NCBI GenBank assembly: GCA_046484865.1
Contig: JAWOID010000053.1
Coordinates: 12,422-76,421 of the forward strand
Direction of reading: 5' to 3'
Source of the DNA: Candidatus Krumholzibacteriia bacterium
Lineage (GTDB): Bacteria; Krumholzibacteriota; Krumholzibacteriia; LZORAL124-64-63
Length of the DNA: 64,000 nt
Shown: in pieces, positions 38,127 through 47,576 of the stretch
Layout of the letters: each line of letters starts with the position of its first letter
Position numbering within the stretch: the stretch's first letter is position 1
The notes under the pieces: generated by a model
The model's input: the letters and a program-made list of their open reading frames with translations, nothing else
Databases searched by the model: none
What the model was told of the DNA's origin: nothing
Position numbers and translations under genes: made by a program

Positions 38127-40589
38127 TCAGTCGAGCGGTGTCAGCGGGGCGAATCGGGGCAGGATGTGCTTGCGGCCGTGCTCGCGGAACTCGACCGTGA
38201 GCGCCAGATCGTCGCCGCTGCCCTCCACCCGGGTCACCACGCCGGCGCCGAAGGCGGTGTGGGAGACGAGTTGTCCCTCGTAGAACGCCGATTCCTGCGA
38301 GACCTCGTCGCGCCACCCGGAGCCGCGCGCCGGCGAGCCGGCACCGGCGCCGCCTCGCTGGCGACGCGGCTTCACCCAGTCCTCCGGCGCCACTCTCCGC
38401 GGCGGGGCCGTGCGACGCGCGGGCATGTCGTCGCCCGGCCGCCAGCCGGGGCGCCAGCCGCCGGTAGCCCCGCCGCCGGCCCGCCCCGCGGCCGCGCCGC
38501 CGGCCACGCCGCCGCCGAAGAGCAGGTCGCCCATGCTCGGCGACGCGCTACCGGGCAGACCCACGCGCTCCACCAGCTCGTCCGGTATCTCCAGCAGGAA
38601 GCGCGACGGCAACGTGTCCTCGTAGGCGCCGAACCGGCGCCGGCGCCCGGCGTGCAGGAGGTAGAGCCGCGACCGGGCGCGGGTGATCGCGACGTAGAAC
38701 AGACGCCGCTCCTCCTCCACGCCGTCGGCCTCCATGCTGCTCGTGGCATGGGGCAGCAGGTCGTCCTCGCAGCCCGCCAGGACGACCACCGGGAATTCCA
38801 GCCCCTTGGCGGTGTGGATGGTCATCAGCCGCACCACGCCCTCGCCCTCGCCGATGGTATCGGCGTCCGAGATCAGGGCCACCTGCTCGAGGAACGCCGC
38901 CACGCTGCCGGGCGCCGGGCCGTCCAGGTCGGCCGCTGCGTCCGGATCGCCGGGCACCCGGTCGCTCGACATCCCGTCGCCGTCCGGGCGGAGGCCGTCG
39001 GATGCCGAGAGCACGACGCCCGCGCTGCCCTCGACGAAGGCGTGCGCGGCGTTCACCAGTTCCGCCACGTTCTCCGCGCGGGCGCGGGCGGTGGCCGGGT
39101 CGTCCTCCTCGAGGAAACCGGCGTAGTCCACCTCGGCGATGATGCGCTCCAGGACCCGGGACACCGGCTGCTCGCGGGCGGCGGCACGCCACCGGGCCGC
39201 CTGGTCCAGGAACGCGCGCACCCGGGTGCAGGCCGCCGGCCCCAGCGTCGTCTCCAGGAGTCCGGGCTGCGCCGCCGCCTCGCCCGGGCTGAGATCCTCC
39301 CGCTGCGCCACCTCCACCAGCCGTTCCACCGTCGTGGTCCCGATCCTTCGCCTCGGCACGTTGATCACCCGCTGCAGGGCCACCAGGTCGCGCGGGTTGT
39401 CCACCAGCTTCAGATACGCCAGCAGATCGCGCACCTCGCGGCGGTCGTAGAACTGCAGGCTGCCCACCACCTGGTGGGGCAGGGCGGCCCGCCTCAGCGC
39501 GTCCTCCACCAGGCGCGACTGGGCGTTGGTGCGGTAGAGCACGGTCACGTCGCCACGAGTGCGGCCGGCGCGCTGCTCCTCGCGGACGATCTCCACCACC
39601 CGCGCGGCCTCGTCCTCGGCATCGGCGGACATCTCCTGGCGCAACAGGTCGCCCGCGCCGTCGCCGGTCCAGAGATTCTTGCCCTTGCGCCGCTTGTTGT
39701 GGGCGATCACCGCGTTCGCCGCCGCCAGCACGTTGCCCGTGCTGCGGTAGTTCTGCTCGAGACGGTAGAGGTGCGCGCCCTGGAAGTACTCCTCGAAGCG
39801 CAGCATGTTCTCCACGCAGGCGCCGCGCCAGGAGTAGATGGCCTGGTCGTCGTCTCCCACCGCGAACACGTTGCGGTGGACGCTGGACAGCGCCTTCACG
39901 AGCACGAGCTGCAGCGGGTTGGTGTCCTGGAACTCGTCCACGAGGACGTGGCGGAAGCGCCCGGCGTACTTCTCCAGCACCGCCCGGTCCTGCTCCAGCA
40001 GGTGGACCGTGCGCAGGATCAGGTCGTCGAAATCCAGCGCGTTGGCTTGGCGCAGAGCCTGCTCGTAGCCGGCGTAGATGGCGGCATGCCGCTCGTCCAC
40101 CCACGTCGAGGCGGCAGCCGCCGCCGCCTCGGGCGCCGTGTCGTCGTTCTTCCAGCGGCTGATGGCGGCGCGGGCGGTCGCCGGCGGGAACTGCTTGGGA
40201 TCGATCCCCAGGTCCTTCTGCACCCGCTTGATCACCCGCTGCTGGTCGTCGCCGTCGTAGATGCCGAACCCGCGCTCCACCCCCACCGCGGCTCCGTCGG
40301 CGCGCAGGATCTTCAGGCCGGTGGCGTGGAAGGTGCCGATCCAGAAGGGCGCGCGCCCATGGCCCACCAGCCCGTCCACCCGGTCGCGCATCTCGCGGGC
40401 AGCCTTGTTGGTGAAGGTGAAGGCGATGACCTCTGCCGGACGGGCGCGACGCTGCTCCAGCAGCCAGGCGATGCGGGTCGTGAGCACGCGGGTCTTGCCG
40501 GTGCCGGCGCCGGCCACCACCAGCACGGGTCCGTCCGGCGCCGTGACGGCGTCCTCCTGGGCGGGGTTGAGCGAGGCGAGGAGGTCCAT
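38127..40589 (-). CDS. uvrD: ATP-dependent DNA helicase UvrD/PcrA
   Basis: LNPAQ, AGAGTGKT, TFTNKAA.EM, VDEFQDTN, VGDDDQAIYSWRGA, LEQNYRST, YRTNAQS, TIHTAKGLEF, EERRLFYVAITRA, C-terminal Tudor-like domain. Confidence 0.96.
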   Translation of the reverse strand: MDLLASLNPAQEDAVTAPDGPVLVVAGAGTGKTRVLTTRIAWLLEQRRARPAEVIAFTFTNKAAREMRDRVDGLVGHGRAPFWIGTFHATGLKILRADGAAVGVERGFGIYDGDDQQRVIKRVQKDLGIDPKQFPPATARAAISRWKNDDTAPEAAAAAASTWVDERHAAIYAGYEQALRQANALDFDDLILRTVHLLEQDRAVLEKYAGRFRHVLVDEFQDTNPLQLVLVKALSSVHRNVFAVGDDDQAIYSWRGACVENMLRFEEYFQGAHLYRLEQNYRSTGNVLAAANAVIAHNKRRKGKNLWTGDGAGDLLRQEMSADAEDEAARVVEIVREEQRAGRTRGDVTVLYRTNAQSRLVEDALRRAALPHQVVGSLQFYDRREVRDLLAYLKLVDNPRDLVALQRVINVPRRRIGTTTVERLVEVAQREDLSPGEAAAQPGLLETTLGPAACTRVRAFLDQAARWRAAAREQPVSRVLERIIAEVDYAGFLEEDDPATARARAENVAELVNAAHAFVEGSAGVVLSASDGLRPDGDGMSSDRVPGDPDAAADLDGPAPGSVAAFLEQVALISDADTIGEGEGVVRLMTIHTAKGLEFPVVVLAGCEDDLLPHATSSMEADGVEEERRLFYVAITRARSRLYLLHAGRRRRFGAYEDTLPSRFLLEIPDELVERVGLPGSASPSMGDLLFGGGVAGGAAAGRAGGGATGGWRPGWRPGDDMPARRTAPPRRVAPEDWVKPRRQRGGAGAGSPARGSGWRDEVSQESAFYEGQLVSHTAFGAGVVTRVEGSGDDLALTVEFREHGRKHILPRFAPLTPLD

Positions 40590-40592
40590 CTC

Positions 40593-43500
40593 CTAGAAAT
40601 CCATTCCGATGCTGAAGTGGAAGGTGCGCCCGCCCACGCGCCGCAGGTCGGTCGGCCACGCCCAGTCGAAGCGCAGGGGGAGGAAGAGGACGTTGGTCCT
40701 TATAGCAAACCCCACGTCGCCGCGCAACTCGTCGAAGCCCCAGTGGCCGGCCGCGTCGGTGCCGAAGAAGCGAATGCGGTCGGTCCACGCCGCGCCCACG
40801 TCGAAGTACGCCGCGGCCCCCACGTCGGTGAAGCCCCAGCGGAAGGGCCAGCCGAAGACGAGCGCCTCCACCAGCGGCAGGCGGTACTCGGTCTGCAGCA
40901 GGAAGATCTTGCTACCGGCGAGATTGCTCACGGTCTGGTAGTCGTAGAAGTCGTAGCCGCGCAGCGTCCAGGGACCGCCCAGCACCCAGGCCCGGGGGTT
41001 GTCGCCGGCGGACGTGGCCAGGTTCAGGTGCACGGCGAAGCTGTTCCGGCGCCAGGGCATCCAGTACTTGCGGTAATCGAGGACCGCGGTCCAGCGATCG
41101 AGGCTGTCGTCGGCGACCGGGATGGAGCGCGACACCGCCGCGTACCAGCGCGAGCCCGTCAGCGGTCCATGGCTGCCGTACAGGGCGGTGTCGTGGATGT
41201 ACGCCAGCGTCGGTTGCACCAGTCGGCTCGTCCTCCGGTCCGTCTCCACCAGCAGGAAGTCGGTGGTCCACTCGTACACGGTCCGCTCGGACGTGAGGAA
41301 CTGCAGCTCGAGATCGAAGCGCTCGAACGTGTTCAGCGGATAGCTCGCGTGGGTGAAGAAACCGTAGTTGCGTTCCTTGAAGCTGGTGTCGTCGGGCAGC
41401 AGTTCGCCCACGGTGGTCAGCACCGAGTGGTAGAAGTTGTTGTAGTGGAAGACGCCCGCACCCCAGTCGAGCCGCCGCTTGAGGTTGTGATAGCTGGCCG
41501 CGACGTCGCTGTTCTCGAACGAGCCGAAGAAGTTGACCAGGAAGCGCAGCTTGCGGTCCCCCATCAGGTCGCTCAGGGTGATCCAGTTCGCCAGACCGAG
41601 GCCGCCCGCGCTCGTGAAGTAGACGCCGCCGCCGGCCAGAGCCTCGCTCAGGTCCACCTGCCAGCCCGGGCGGTACGTCTCCACCATCCCCACGCGCTCG
41701 GGGTCGGTGAGCGGCTGCGGCGGCTCCGTGCGCTCCACCAGGGGCGGCGGCTCCAGGACCGGCGCCGCCGGCGGCCGTCCCCCGGGCACGCGCTGCGACC
41801 AACCGGCGAGGAATGCGTCGGCGGCGTACAGGTCGTAGCCCGCAGCGTGGAAGCCGGCGAAGACCAGGCGATCGGACCGTCGCGAGTAGCTGAGCTGGTC
41901 GATCCCGCCGAGCACGTTGGTGAGCCGGCGGGAGGAGACCGGCCGCGTGCCGGTTCCGTCCAGCCGCACGATGGCCAGGTTGGCGATGCCGCCGGTGCTC
42001 TCGACCATGGCGAGGTCGCGTTCGCCCAGCCAGACGGGATTGCTCCGGCCCGCGTTCACGTCGAACAGCTCGTGGCGCTCGCCGGTGGTCAGGTCGAGCA
42101 CCTGCACGGCCACGTCGCTCGCCAGGCGGCGCCCACCCGAGTGCGACTCGCCGAGCGGACGAGCCCACAGCAGTTGCTTGCGGCCGTCCGGCAGCACCTC
42201 GAACTCGAACTCGATCTCGGCCAGCGGATTGAACGTGAAGGCCAGCCGGTCGCCCGCGGGCGACCAGACCGGCTGCGCCTCGTCGCCGATCGTGTCCGTC
42301 AGCCTCACCACCTGCACGCCGTCGGGACCCCGCTCCACGGCCGGGAAATGCGCCTCGAACCGGGCCGCCGCCCGGCCGCTCAGGTCGACGAGGTAGAGGT
42401 CCGTGCGGCCGAACCGCGTTCCCGCCACCACGATGGCCTCTCCGTCGGGAGACCAGGCGGGCGACGCCAGGACGTCGAAGCCGAGCCTCAGCGATCGGGT
42501 CACCTCGCCGGTCCGCGTGGAGATGGTGTGCAGCGTCTCGTCGTTGCCCGTCTTCGCCACCAGGGCGACCTCGTCGCCGTCCGGCGCCCAGGACAGCCCG
42601 CTGCGGAAGCTGTGGAACGACTCGAACCGGCTCGAGCGCTGGCTGCGCCCGAGCTGGCGGATCACGCGGCCGTCGATGGCCGACGCCAGGTAGAGATCCA
42701 CCAGCCCGTCGCGGTCGGAGAAGTAGACCAGCTCGTCGCCGTCCGGGCTCAGGGCCGGCTGGCCGTTGTAGAAGGCCTGCTCCACACGGTGATCGGTGAG
42801 CGGTCGGGCGATGTCCTCCGGCTGCTCGAGGTCGGCGTACTGCGGCCAGTAGCGCCGGCGCATCTCGCGGGCGAACAGCTCATTGAAGCTCTCCATGTCG
42901 AGCCCGTAGACGTCGAGCAGCGCGCGCTCGGCGTCGCGCCGCCGCCCCACCTGCCGCCAGAACGCCAGCAGCTTCTCGTGACCGTAGCGTTCGGACAGCA
43001 GGCGCATGGCCGCCTGCCCTTCCTTGTACACCAGGAAGCCGCCCACGCGGTCCAGCGGCCACAGATAGTCGTTGATGGTGGCGTCGCGCAGGAACATGTC
43101 GGCCTCAGCGTCCCACCCCGAACTGAACCACTCGGCGATGCCCTCGGCGAACCAGAGCGGCACCTGGTAGAAGCGCCTCTGGGCCGGCTCGCTGCCGCCG
43201 CCGTAGGCCATGTCGAACATGAACGCGTGCACCAGCTCGTGGCGGATGACGTGCACGAAGTCGGCGTGGGAGCCGTTGTACGGCAGCACCATGCGGTTGC
43301 GCAGCGGTTCGGTGAAGCCGCCGGTGCCCTCGCCGATCAGGTAGGGCGAGATGTTGGTCTGCGCGAAGTCCTGGTGCGACGCGTACAGGACGAACGGCAC
43401 GCGCCAGGGCAAATCGCGCCCGAGCCGGGCCGCGTACTCCTCGTACGCCTGCTCGGCGATCAGGCTCGCGCGTACCGCCAGCTCCTCGGCTCCATCGTAG

Positions 43501-43688
43501 AAGTGGAGGTCGAAGTGGGGCGTGACCAGCACCTGCCAGCGCAGCGGCTTCACCTGCACCTTGTTCTTGCCGAACATCTGCGCCGCAGCCGGGCACACGG
43601 CTCCAGACGCCAGCCAGAGGGTGGTCGCGGCGAGCGCGATGGCTGCCGTCGCGGCGAGGCGCCGCGAGGCGGGCGGGCGCTGGTGCAT
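40593..43688 (-). CDS. Omp85-superfamily protein with N-terminal MA-clan metallopeptidase-like domain and PD40/TolB-like beta-propeller
   Basis: Signal peptide, FGKNKVQ, HELVH...PLWFAEGIAE, repeated P.(W/L)SPDG units, LGGPWTLRGY loop, YFDVGAAW, C-terminal FHFSIGMDF beta-signal. Confidence 0.85.
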   Translation of the reverse strand: MHQRPPASRRLAATAAIALAATTLWLASGAVCPAAAQMFGKNKVQVKPLRWQVLVTPHFDLHFYDGAEELAVRASLIAEQAYEEYAARLGRDLPWRVPFVLYASHQDFAQTNISPYLIGEGTGGFTEPLRNRMVLPYNGSHADFVHVIRHELVHAFMFDMAYGGGSEPAQRRFYQVPLWFAEGIAEWFSSGWDAEADMFLRDATINDYLWPLDRVGGFLVYKEGQAAMRLLSERYGHEKLLAFWRQVGRRRDAERALLDVYGLDMESFNELFAREMRRRYWPQYADLEQPEDIARPLTDHRVEQAFYNGQPALSPDGDELVYFSDRDGLVDLYLASAIDGRVIRQLGRSQRSSRFESFHSFRSGLSWAPDGDEVALVAKTGNDETLHTISTRTGEVTRSLRLGFDVLASPAWSPDGEAIVVAGTRFGRTDLYLVDLSGRAAARFEAHFPAVERGPDGVQVVRLTDTIGDEAQPVWSPAGDRLAFTFNPLAEIEFEFEVLPDGRKQLLWARPLGESHSGGRRLASDVAVQVLDLTTGERHELFDVNAGRSNPVWLGERDLAMVESTGGIANLAIVRLDGTGTRPVSSRRLTNVLGGIDQLSYSRRSDRLVFAGFHAAGYDLYAADAFLAGWSQRVPGGRPPAAPVLEPPPLVERTEPPQPLTDPERVGMVETYRPGWQVDLSEALAGGGVYFTSAGGLGLANWITLSDLMGDRKLRFLVNFFGSFENSDVAASYHNLKRRLDWGAGVFHYNNFYHSVLTTVGELLPDDTSFKERNYGFFTHASYPLNTFERFDLELQFLTSERTVYEWTTDFLLVETDRRTSRLVQPTLAYIHDTALYGSHGPLTGSRWYAAVSRSIPVADDSLDRWTAVLDYRKYWMPWRRNSFAVHLNLATSAGDNPRAWVLGGPWTLRGYDFYDYQTVSNLAGSKIFLLQTEYRLPLVEALVFGWPFRWGFTDVGAAAYFDVGAAWTDRIRFFGTDAAGHWGFDELRGDVGFAIRTNVLFLPLRFDWAWPTDLRRVGGRTFHFSIGMDF

Positions 43689-43690
43689 GG

Positions 43691-46600
43691 TCAGTACTCG
43701 ATCCGGTACTTCAGGTCCAGGTTGTACGTGTCCTCGCCCTGGAACTCGTCCAGACGACGGCGGATCTCGGACTGCAGCAGCAGATGGTCCGAGATCTGGT
43801 ACTCGATGAGCAGGTCGCGGTCGTTCTGGTTCAGGCCCTGGGCGTACTTGATGTAGAGGGCCTGGCCCAGGTACTTCCCCACGCCGATGAGCGGGTCGAA
43901 CCCGCTGCTGCCATCCTCGGTCTGTCGCGTGATGGGATCGATCTCGAAGGTGTCGATGATGTCCAGCTCCTGGGCGATCTCCCGCTCGATGAGGTTGAAG
44001 CCCGCCGCGATGGACGTGTTGCGCAGCCGCTCGACGTCGTCCTCCGCCGGTTCCGGCGAAAGTCCCAGGAGCATGCGTTCGATCCCCGCGCGGGAGTAGC
44101 CGCTCTCCGAGCTGTACGAGATGGCGGGCTCCTCGATGGGACCGCTCACGTGGACCGTCACGCGCTCGATCACGCTGGAGTTGAACTTGTTGCGCAGGCG
44201 CACGCGGGTCTCGGCGTCGAGATCCACCCAGGGCACGATGCCGACCGCCCGGCTGAAGTCCAGGTCGCCGCGCACCACCTTGAAGGAGTTGTTGAAGACC
44301 GGCAGGCGGCCGGCGTCGATGGTCAAGGTGCCGCGCAGGTCGACTCCGGACATGTCGCGCACGAGGGTCACGTCGCCGCTCAGATCCAGCTCCATCGCTC
44401 GATTCTGCACCCGGGCGCTGCGCGGTCCGCCGTGGAGGCGCAGATCCGCCAGCCAGTCCGGAGCCACGGTGGCTCCGATCGCGGCGTCGCCCTGCTCGGC
44501 GAAGTCGCCCGTGTAGCGCGCCTTCAGCACCTCCAGTTCGCCGGAGAAACGCGGCACCAGCACGGCGTCGGGACCCACGCGCACGCCGTCCATGCGCACC
44601 GCGGGAGAGCGGACGAGCACTCGCAGGTCCGGAATGGACGCGACCAGAAAGCGCTCCACCGCCAGTTGCAGCTCGAAGGTCCGCAGCTCCAGCCCGGAGA
44701 AGAACAGCCGTCCCTCGCCGGAGAGGGTGCCGCGCAGCCCCTCCTCCCCCTCGATCCTCGAGAGCAGCAGCTCGTCGCCGGTGAAGACGCCGCGGGCCGA
44801 GACGTTGCTGTAGATCTCGCCGAACCGGCGCAGCACGAAGCCGGCGTCGCTCACGGCCAGCGTGCCGCTGTAGAGCGGGTGCGACAGCGGTCCCTGCAGC
44901 ACCATGTCCAGCTCGCCGCGGCCGCTGGTCTCGAGAAAGGCGTTCGTCGCGCCGGCGAGCGACCCGAGATCGCTGTCCGGCGGTACCACCAGCCGCGCGT
45001 AGAACGGCCCTTCAAGGGGCATCTCCGGCTCGGCCGTGAGCGAGAAGACGAGCGGCAGCTCCAGCCGTCCGTGTAGCGGCAGCGTCCCCTTCCGGCCACG
45101 CAGGCGCGAGAACACCAGGGCGTCGCGGTCCACCAGCACCTCGGCCCGCACGGAATCGAGATGCGCCCAGTGGATGTGGAACGGTGCGCTGACCAGCTCG
45201 CCCACCACCAGCGGATCGTCGGTGGTGCCACCCAGGTGCAGACGGGTCGAGAAGCTGCCGGCCAGGCGGTCCAGCGCCTCGAGCCGGAACGGTTCCAGGA
45301 CGCGCCAGTCGCCGTCGGTCACCGTGAGGTCCAGATCCAGGCTGGCGCCCGGCCAGAACCTCGCGAGCGGCGCCGCCGGGTTGGCCATGCGTCCCCGAAC
45401 GGATGCGCGCCCCCGGTCCGTGACCAGCCGCAGCGAGGCCACGTCCACGCCGCCGTCGCGATAGGTGACCGACACGTCCAGCGTGTCCACCTGGGCCAGC
45501 TCGAAGACCGCGCCGGTGATCGTGGCCTCGAGATCCATCACCGGGCGCCGGGGCGTGCCGGCCACCACCAGCTCCGCCGTGGCCGAACCCGAGAGGAGAT
45601 CGCCGGTGCGCAGCAGCGGGTTCAAGAGGCCGAGCTCGAAGTTGCGCAGCTGCAACGACGCGGCGGTCACGGCATCCCGCTCGTAGACCCCCTGCAGCAC
45701 CAGTTCGCCGCGCGCGGACGCCAGCTCCAGTCCGGGCACCGCCACGCTGCCGGCTCCCAGCTCGATGTCGGCGGGCGCCGTCAGGCTCCAGCGGCTCCCC
45801 TCCAAATCCACCGCGAACCGCTCCACGTGGAAGCGGCGCAGCGAGTCCGAGAACGCCGCGCGGCCGGCCAGCGTCACCACCGTGTCCCCGCGCACGGTCA
45901 GGAACGAGTCGACCCGCGCCTCCCGCGCGCTGATGGCGCCGCGCAGCCGGAAGTCGCCCAGCGGAACGCCGCCGAGCAGCAGGCCGCGGCCCTGGCTCTC
46001 TCCGCTGAAGCGCGGCTCGCCGAGCACGTCGGCCACGGTCACGGACGCCTCCGCGCTGCCGACGGCGACGTCCGTCAGTGCCAGGTCGCCGGCTCGCACC
46101 GAGCCGCGGAACCGCAGGCTGTCCACCGGGCCGCTGAGCCGCCCCTGCAGCCGCGCCCGGCCGGCGAGGGACGGCCATCCCCACTCCGCCGGCAGGTCGG
46201 ACAGGTCCTCGCTGACCGCTTCCAGCGAGCCGGTGAAGATCTCGGCGGGATCGGCGCGGCCGGTGAGCACCCCCTGCAGACCACCGCGCCGCAGGGCCAC
46301 CCGGTGAAACTCGACGCCGCCGTCGTGCGCGGTGACGTCCACGTACGCGCTGTCGAACGGCAGCGGAGCGAGGTGTCCGTTGCGCAGCCAGCCGACCACG
46401 CGGGTGAGGCCGGCGCTGTCGGTGTGGGTGATGCGCAGGCGGCCGTGGCCGGAGGTCGCCGGCAGGTCGTCCATGTCGGGCACCAGCCCGCGGCTGAGAT
46501 CCACGTCGCCGACGTCCCCCTCGAGCCAGAAGCTGAGCGGCCCGCCGGGCGGCACCGCGAAGGCCCCGCCTCCCTCGAACCAGGCGCCGTTGACGCGTCC

Positions 46601-47539
46601 CCGGGCGCGCGTCAGGCGCACGCTGTCGCCGGCGATCACCGCCACCGCGTCCAGCGGCTCCATGTCGTAGCCCTCGAAGAGTCCCGAGAAGACCGCGGCG
46701 ATGATGACGCTGTCGTCGCGGACCGTGACGGTGCCGTCGAAGCCGCCCCTGGCCGTCAGGTCCAGCGACAGTCCGATGAGGTTCTCGATGTCCGGCACGG
46801 TGGTGCTGTCCGCCCGCACCGCCAGGTGCAGGTCCCCCGACGAGAGGAAGCGACCGGACACGCTCGCCTCGCCGCCGTTGAACAATCCCGTCAGCCCGTC
46901 GCTGCGGACTCCCCGCGCGTCGGCCACCAACCGCCCCCGGAGCTGTTCCAGCCGCGTGCGTCGGCTGGGCCACTCCAGATCCGCCGTCCGGATGGCCGCG
47001 ACCACGCTGTCGCCCACGTCCAGCGCTCCGCTCCAGGCGAGATCCGTGATGCGCTCGCGCAGCCGGCCATCGGGACCGGAGATCTCGATCGATCCCCGCT
47101 GGAGCACGAGCTGGTCGATGCGCAGGGGGGGCAGATCGAATCCGGCGACCGGCTTTTCCGCGTCGGAACCGGCCGCGGTCGCGTCGCCGGCGAGGGCATA
47201 GACCTCCGTCCGGCCCAGGGACACGCGGCGCAGGCGGCGCTCGGAGCGCATCAACTCGCGCCAGCGGAACTCCAGCCTCAGCGTGTCCACCGCGACCAGG
47301 GTGACCGCCCCATCGTCCCCCTTCAGGGTGAACGAGACGTCGTAGGCGTCGACGCCGCGAAACGGGCGCAGGTGGAAGTCGCGCAGCCGGAGTTGTCCCT
47401 GGTCGCCCACCAGGTGCCGGCTGAGCATGCGCGACGCCAGCGGCGCGAGCCGTCCCGGGTGGCTCGCGAAATAGCCCACGACGCCCAGGATCACCATCCA
47501 GGCGATCAGCAGCGTGATCTGGGTCGTTCTGGGCCACAT
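43691..47539 (-). CDS. tamB: TamB/AsmA-like translocation and assembly module protein
   Basis: N-terminal TM anchor, about 1200 aa of repetitive amphipathic beta-strands (L.G....P...G), DUF490-like C-terminus GKYLG..LYIKY...IEYQI...YRIEY; lies downstream of an Omp85 gene. Confidence 0.82.
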   Translation of the reverse strand: MWPRTTQITLLIAWMVILGVVGYFASHPGRLAPLASRMLSRHLVGDQGQLRLRDFHLRPFRGVDAYDVSFTLKGDDGAVTLVAVDTLRLEFRWRELMRSERRLRRVSLGRTEVYALAGDATAAGSDAEKPVAGFDLPPLRIDQLVLQRGSIEISGPDGRLRERITDLAWSGALDVGDSVVAAIRTADLEWPSRRTRLEQLRGRLVADARGVRSDGLTGLFNGGEASVSGRFLSSGDLHLAVRADSTTVPDIENLIGLSLDLTARGGFDGTVTVRDDSVIIAAVFSGLFEGYDMEPLDAVAVIAGDSVRLTRARGRVNGAWFEGGGAFAVPPGGPLSFWLEGDVGDVDLSRGLVPDMDDLPATSGHGRLRITHTDSAGLTRVVGWLRNGHLAPLPFDSAYVDVTAHDGGVEFHRVALRRGGLQGVLTGRADPAEIFTGSLEAVSEDLSDLPAEWGWPSLAGRARLQGRLSGPVDSLRFRGSVRAGDLALTDVAVGSAEASVTVADVLGEPRFSGESQGRGLLLGGVPLGDFRLRGAISAREARVDSFLTVRGDTVVTLAGRAAFSDSLRRFHVERFAVDLEGSRWSLTAPADIELGAGSVAVPGLELASARGELVLQGVYERDAVTAASLQLRNFELGLLNPLLRTGDLLSGSATAELVVAGTPRRPVMDLEATITGAVFELAQVDTLDVSVTYRDGGVDVASLRLVTDRGRASVRGRMANPAAPLARFWPGASLDLDLTVTDGDWRVLEPFRLEALDRLAGSFSTRLHLGGTTDDPLVVGELVSAPFHIHWAHLDSVRAEVLVDRDALVFSRLRGRKGTLPLHGRLELPLVFSLTAEPEMPLEGPFYARLVVPPDSDLGSLAGATNAFLETSGRGELDMVLQGPLSHPLYSGTLAVSDAGFVLRRFGEIYSNVSARGVFTGDELLLSRIEGEEGLRGTLSGEGRLFFSGLELRTFELQLAVERFLVASIPDLRVLVRSPAVRMDGVRVGPDAVLVPRFSGELEVLKARYTGDFAEQGDAAIGATVAPDWLADLRLHGGPRSARVQNRAMELDLSGDVTLVRDMSGVDLRGTLTIDAGRLPVFNNSFKVVRGDLDFSRAVGIVPWVDLDAETRVRLRNKFNSSVIERVTVHVSGPIEEPAISYSSESGYSRAGIERMLLGLSPEPAEDDVERLRNTSIAAGFNLIEREIAQELDIIDTFEIDPITRQTEDGSSGFDPLIGVGKYLGQALYIKYAQGLNQNDRDLLIEYQISDHLLLQSEIRRRLDEFQGEDTYNLDLKYRIEY

Positions 47540-47576
47540 GGCGGGGGCAACTTTCTTCTGGACGCGACCCGGGAGA

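Noticed and set aside
38127..40589. UvrD as part of an anti-phage system (e.g. Gabija)
   Set aside because: It is a full-length housekeeping PcrA/UvrD with a Tudor domain, and no OLD/TOPRIM nuclease is adjacent.
38106..43856. 1916-aa plus-strand ORF
   Set aside because: Antisense shadow of uvrD and the Omp85 fusion, which share a frame. High GC suppresses stops, and there are no recognisable motifs.
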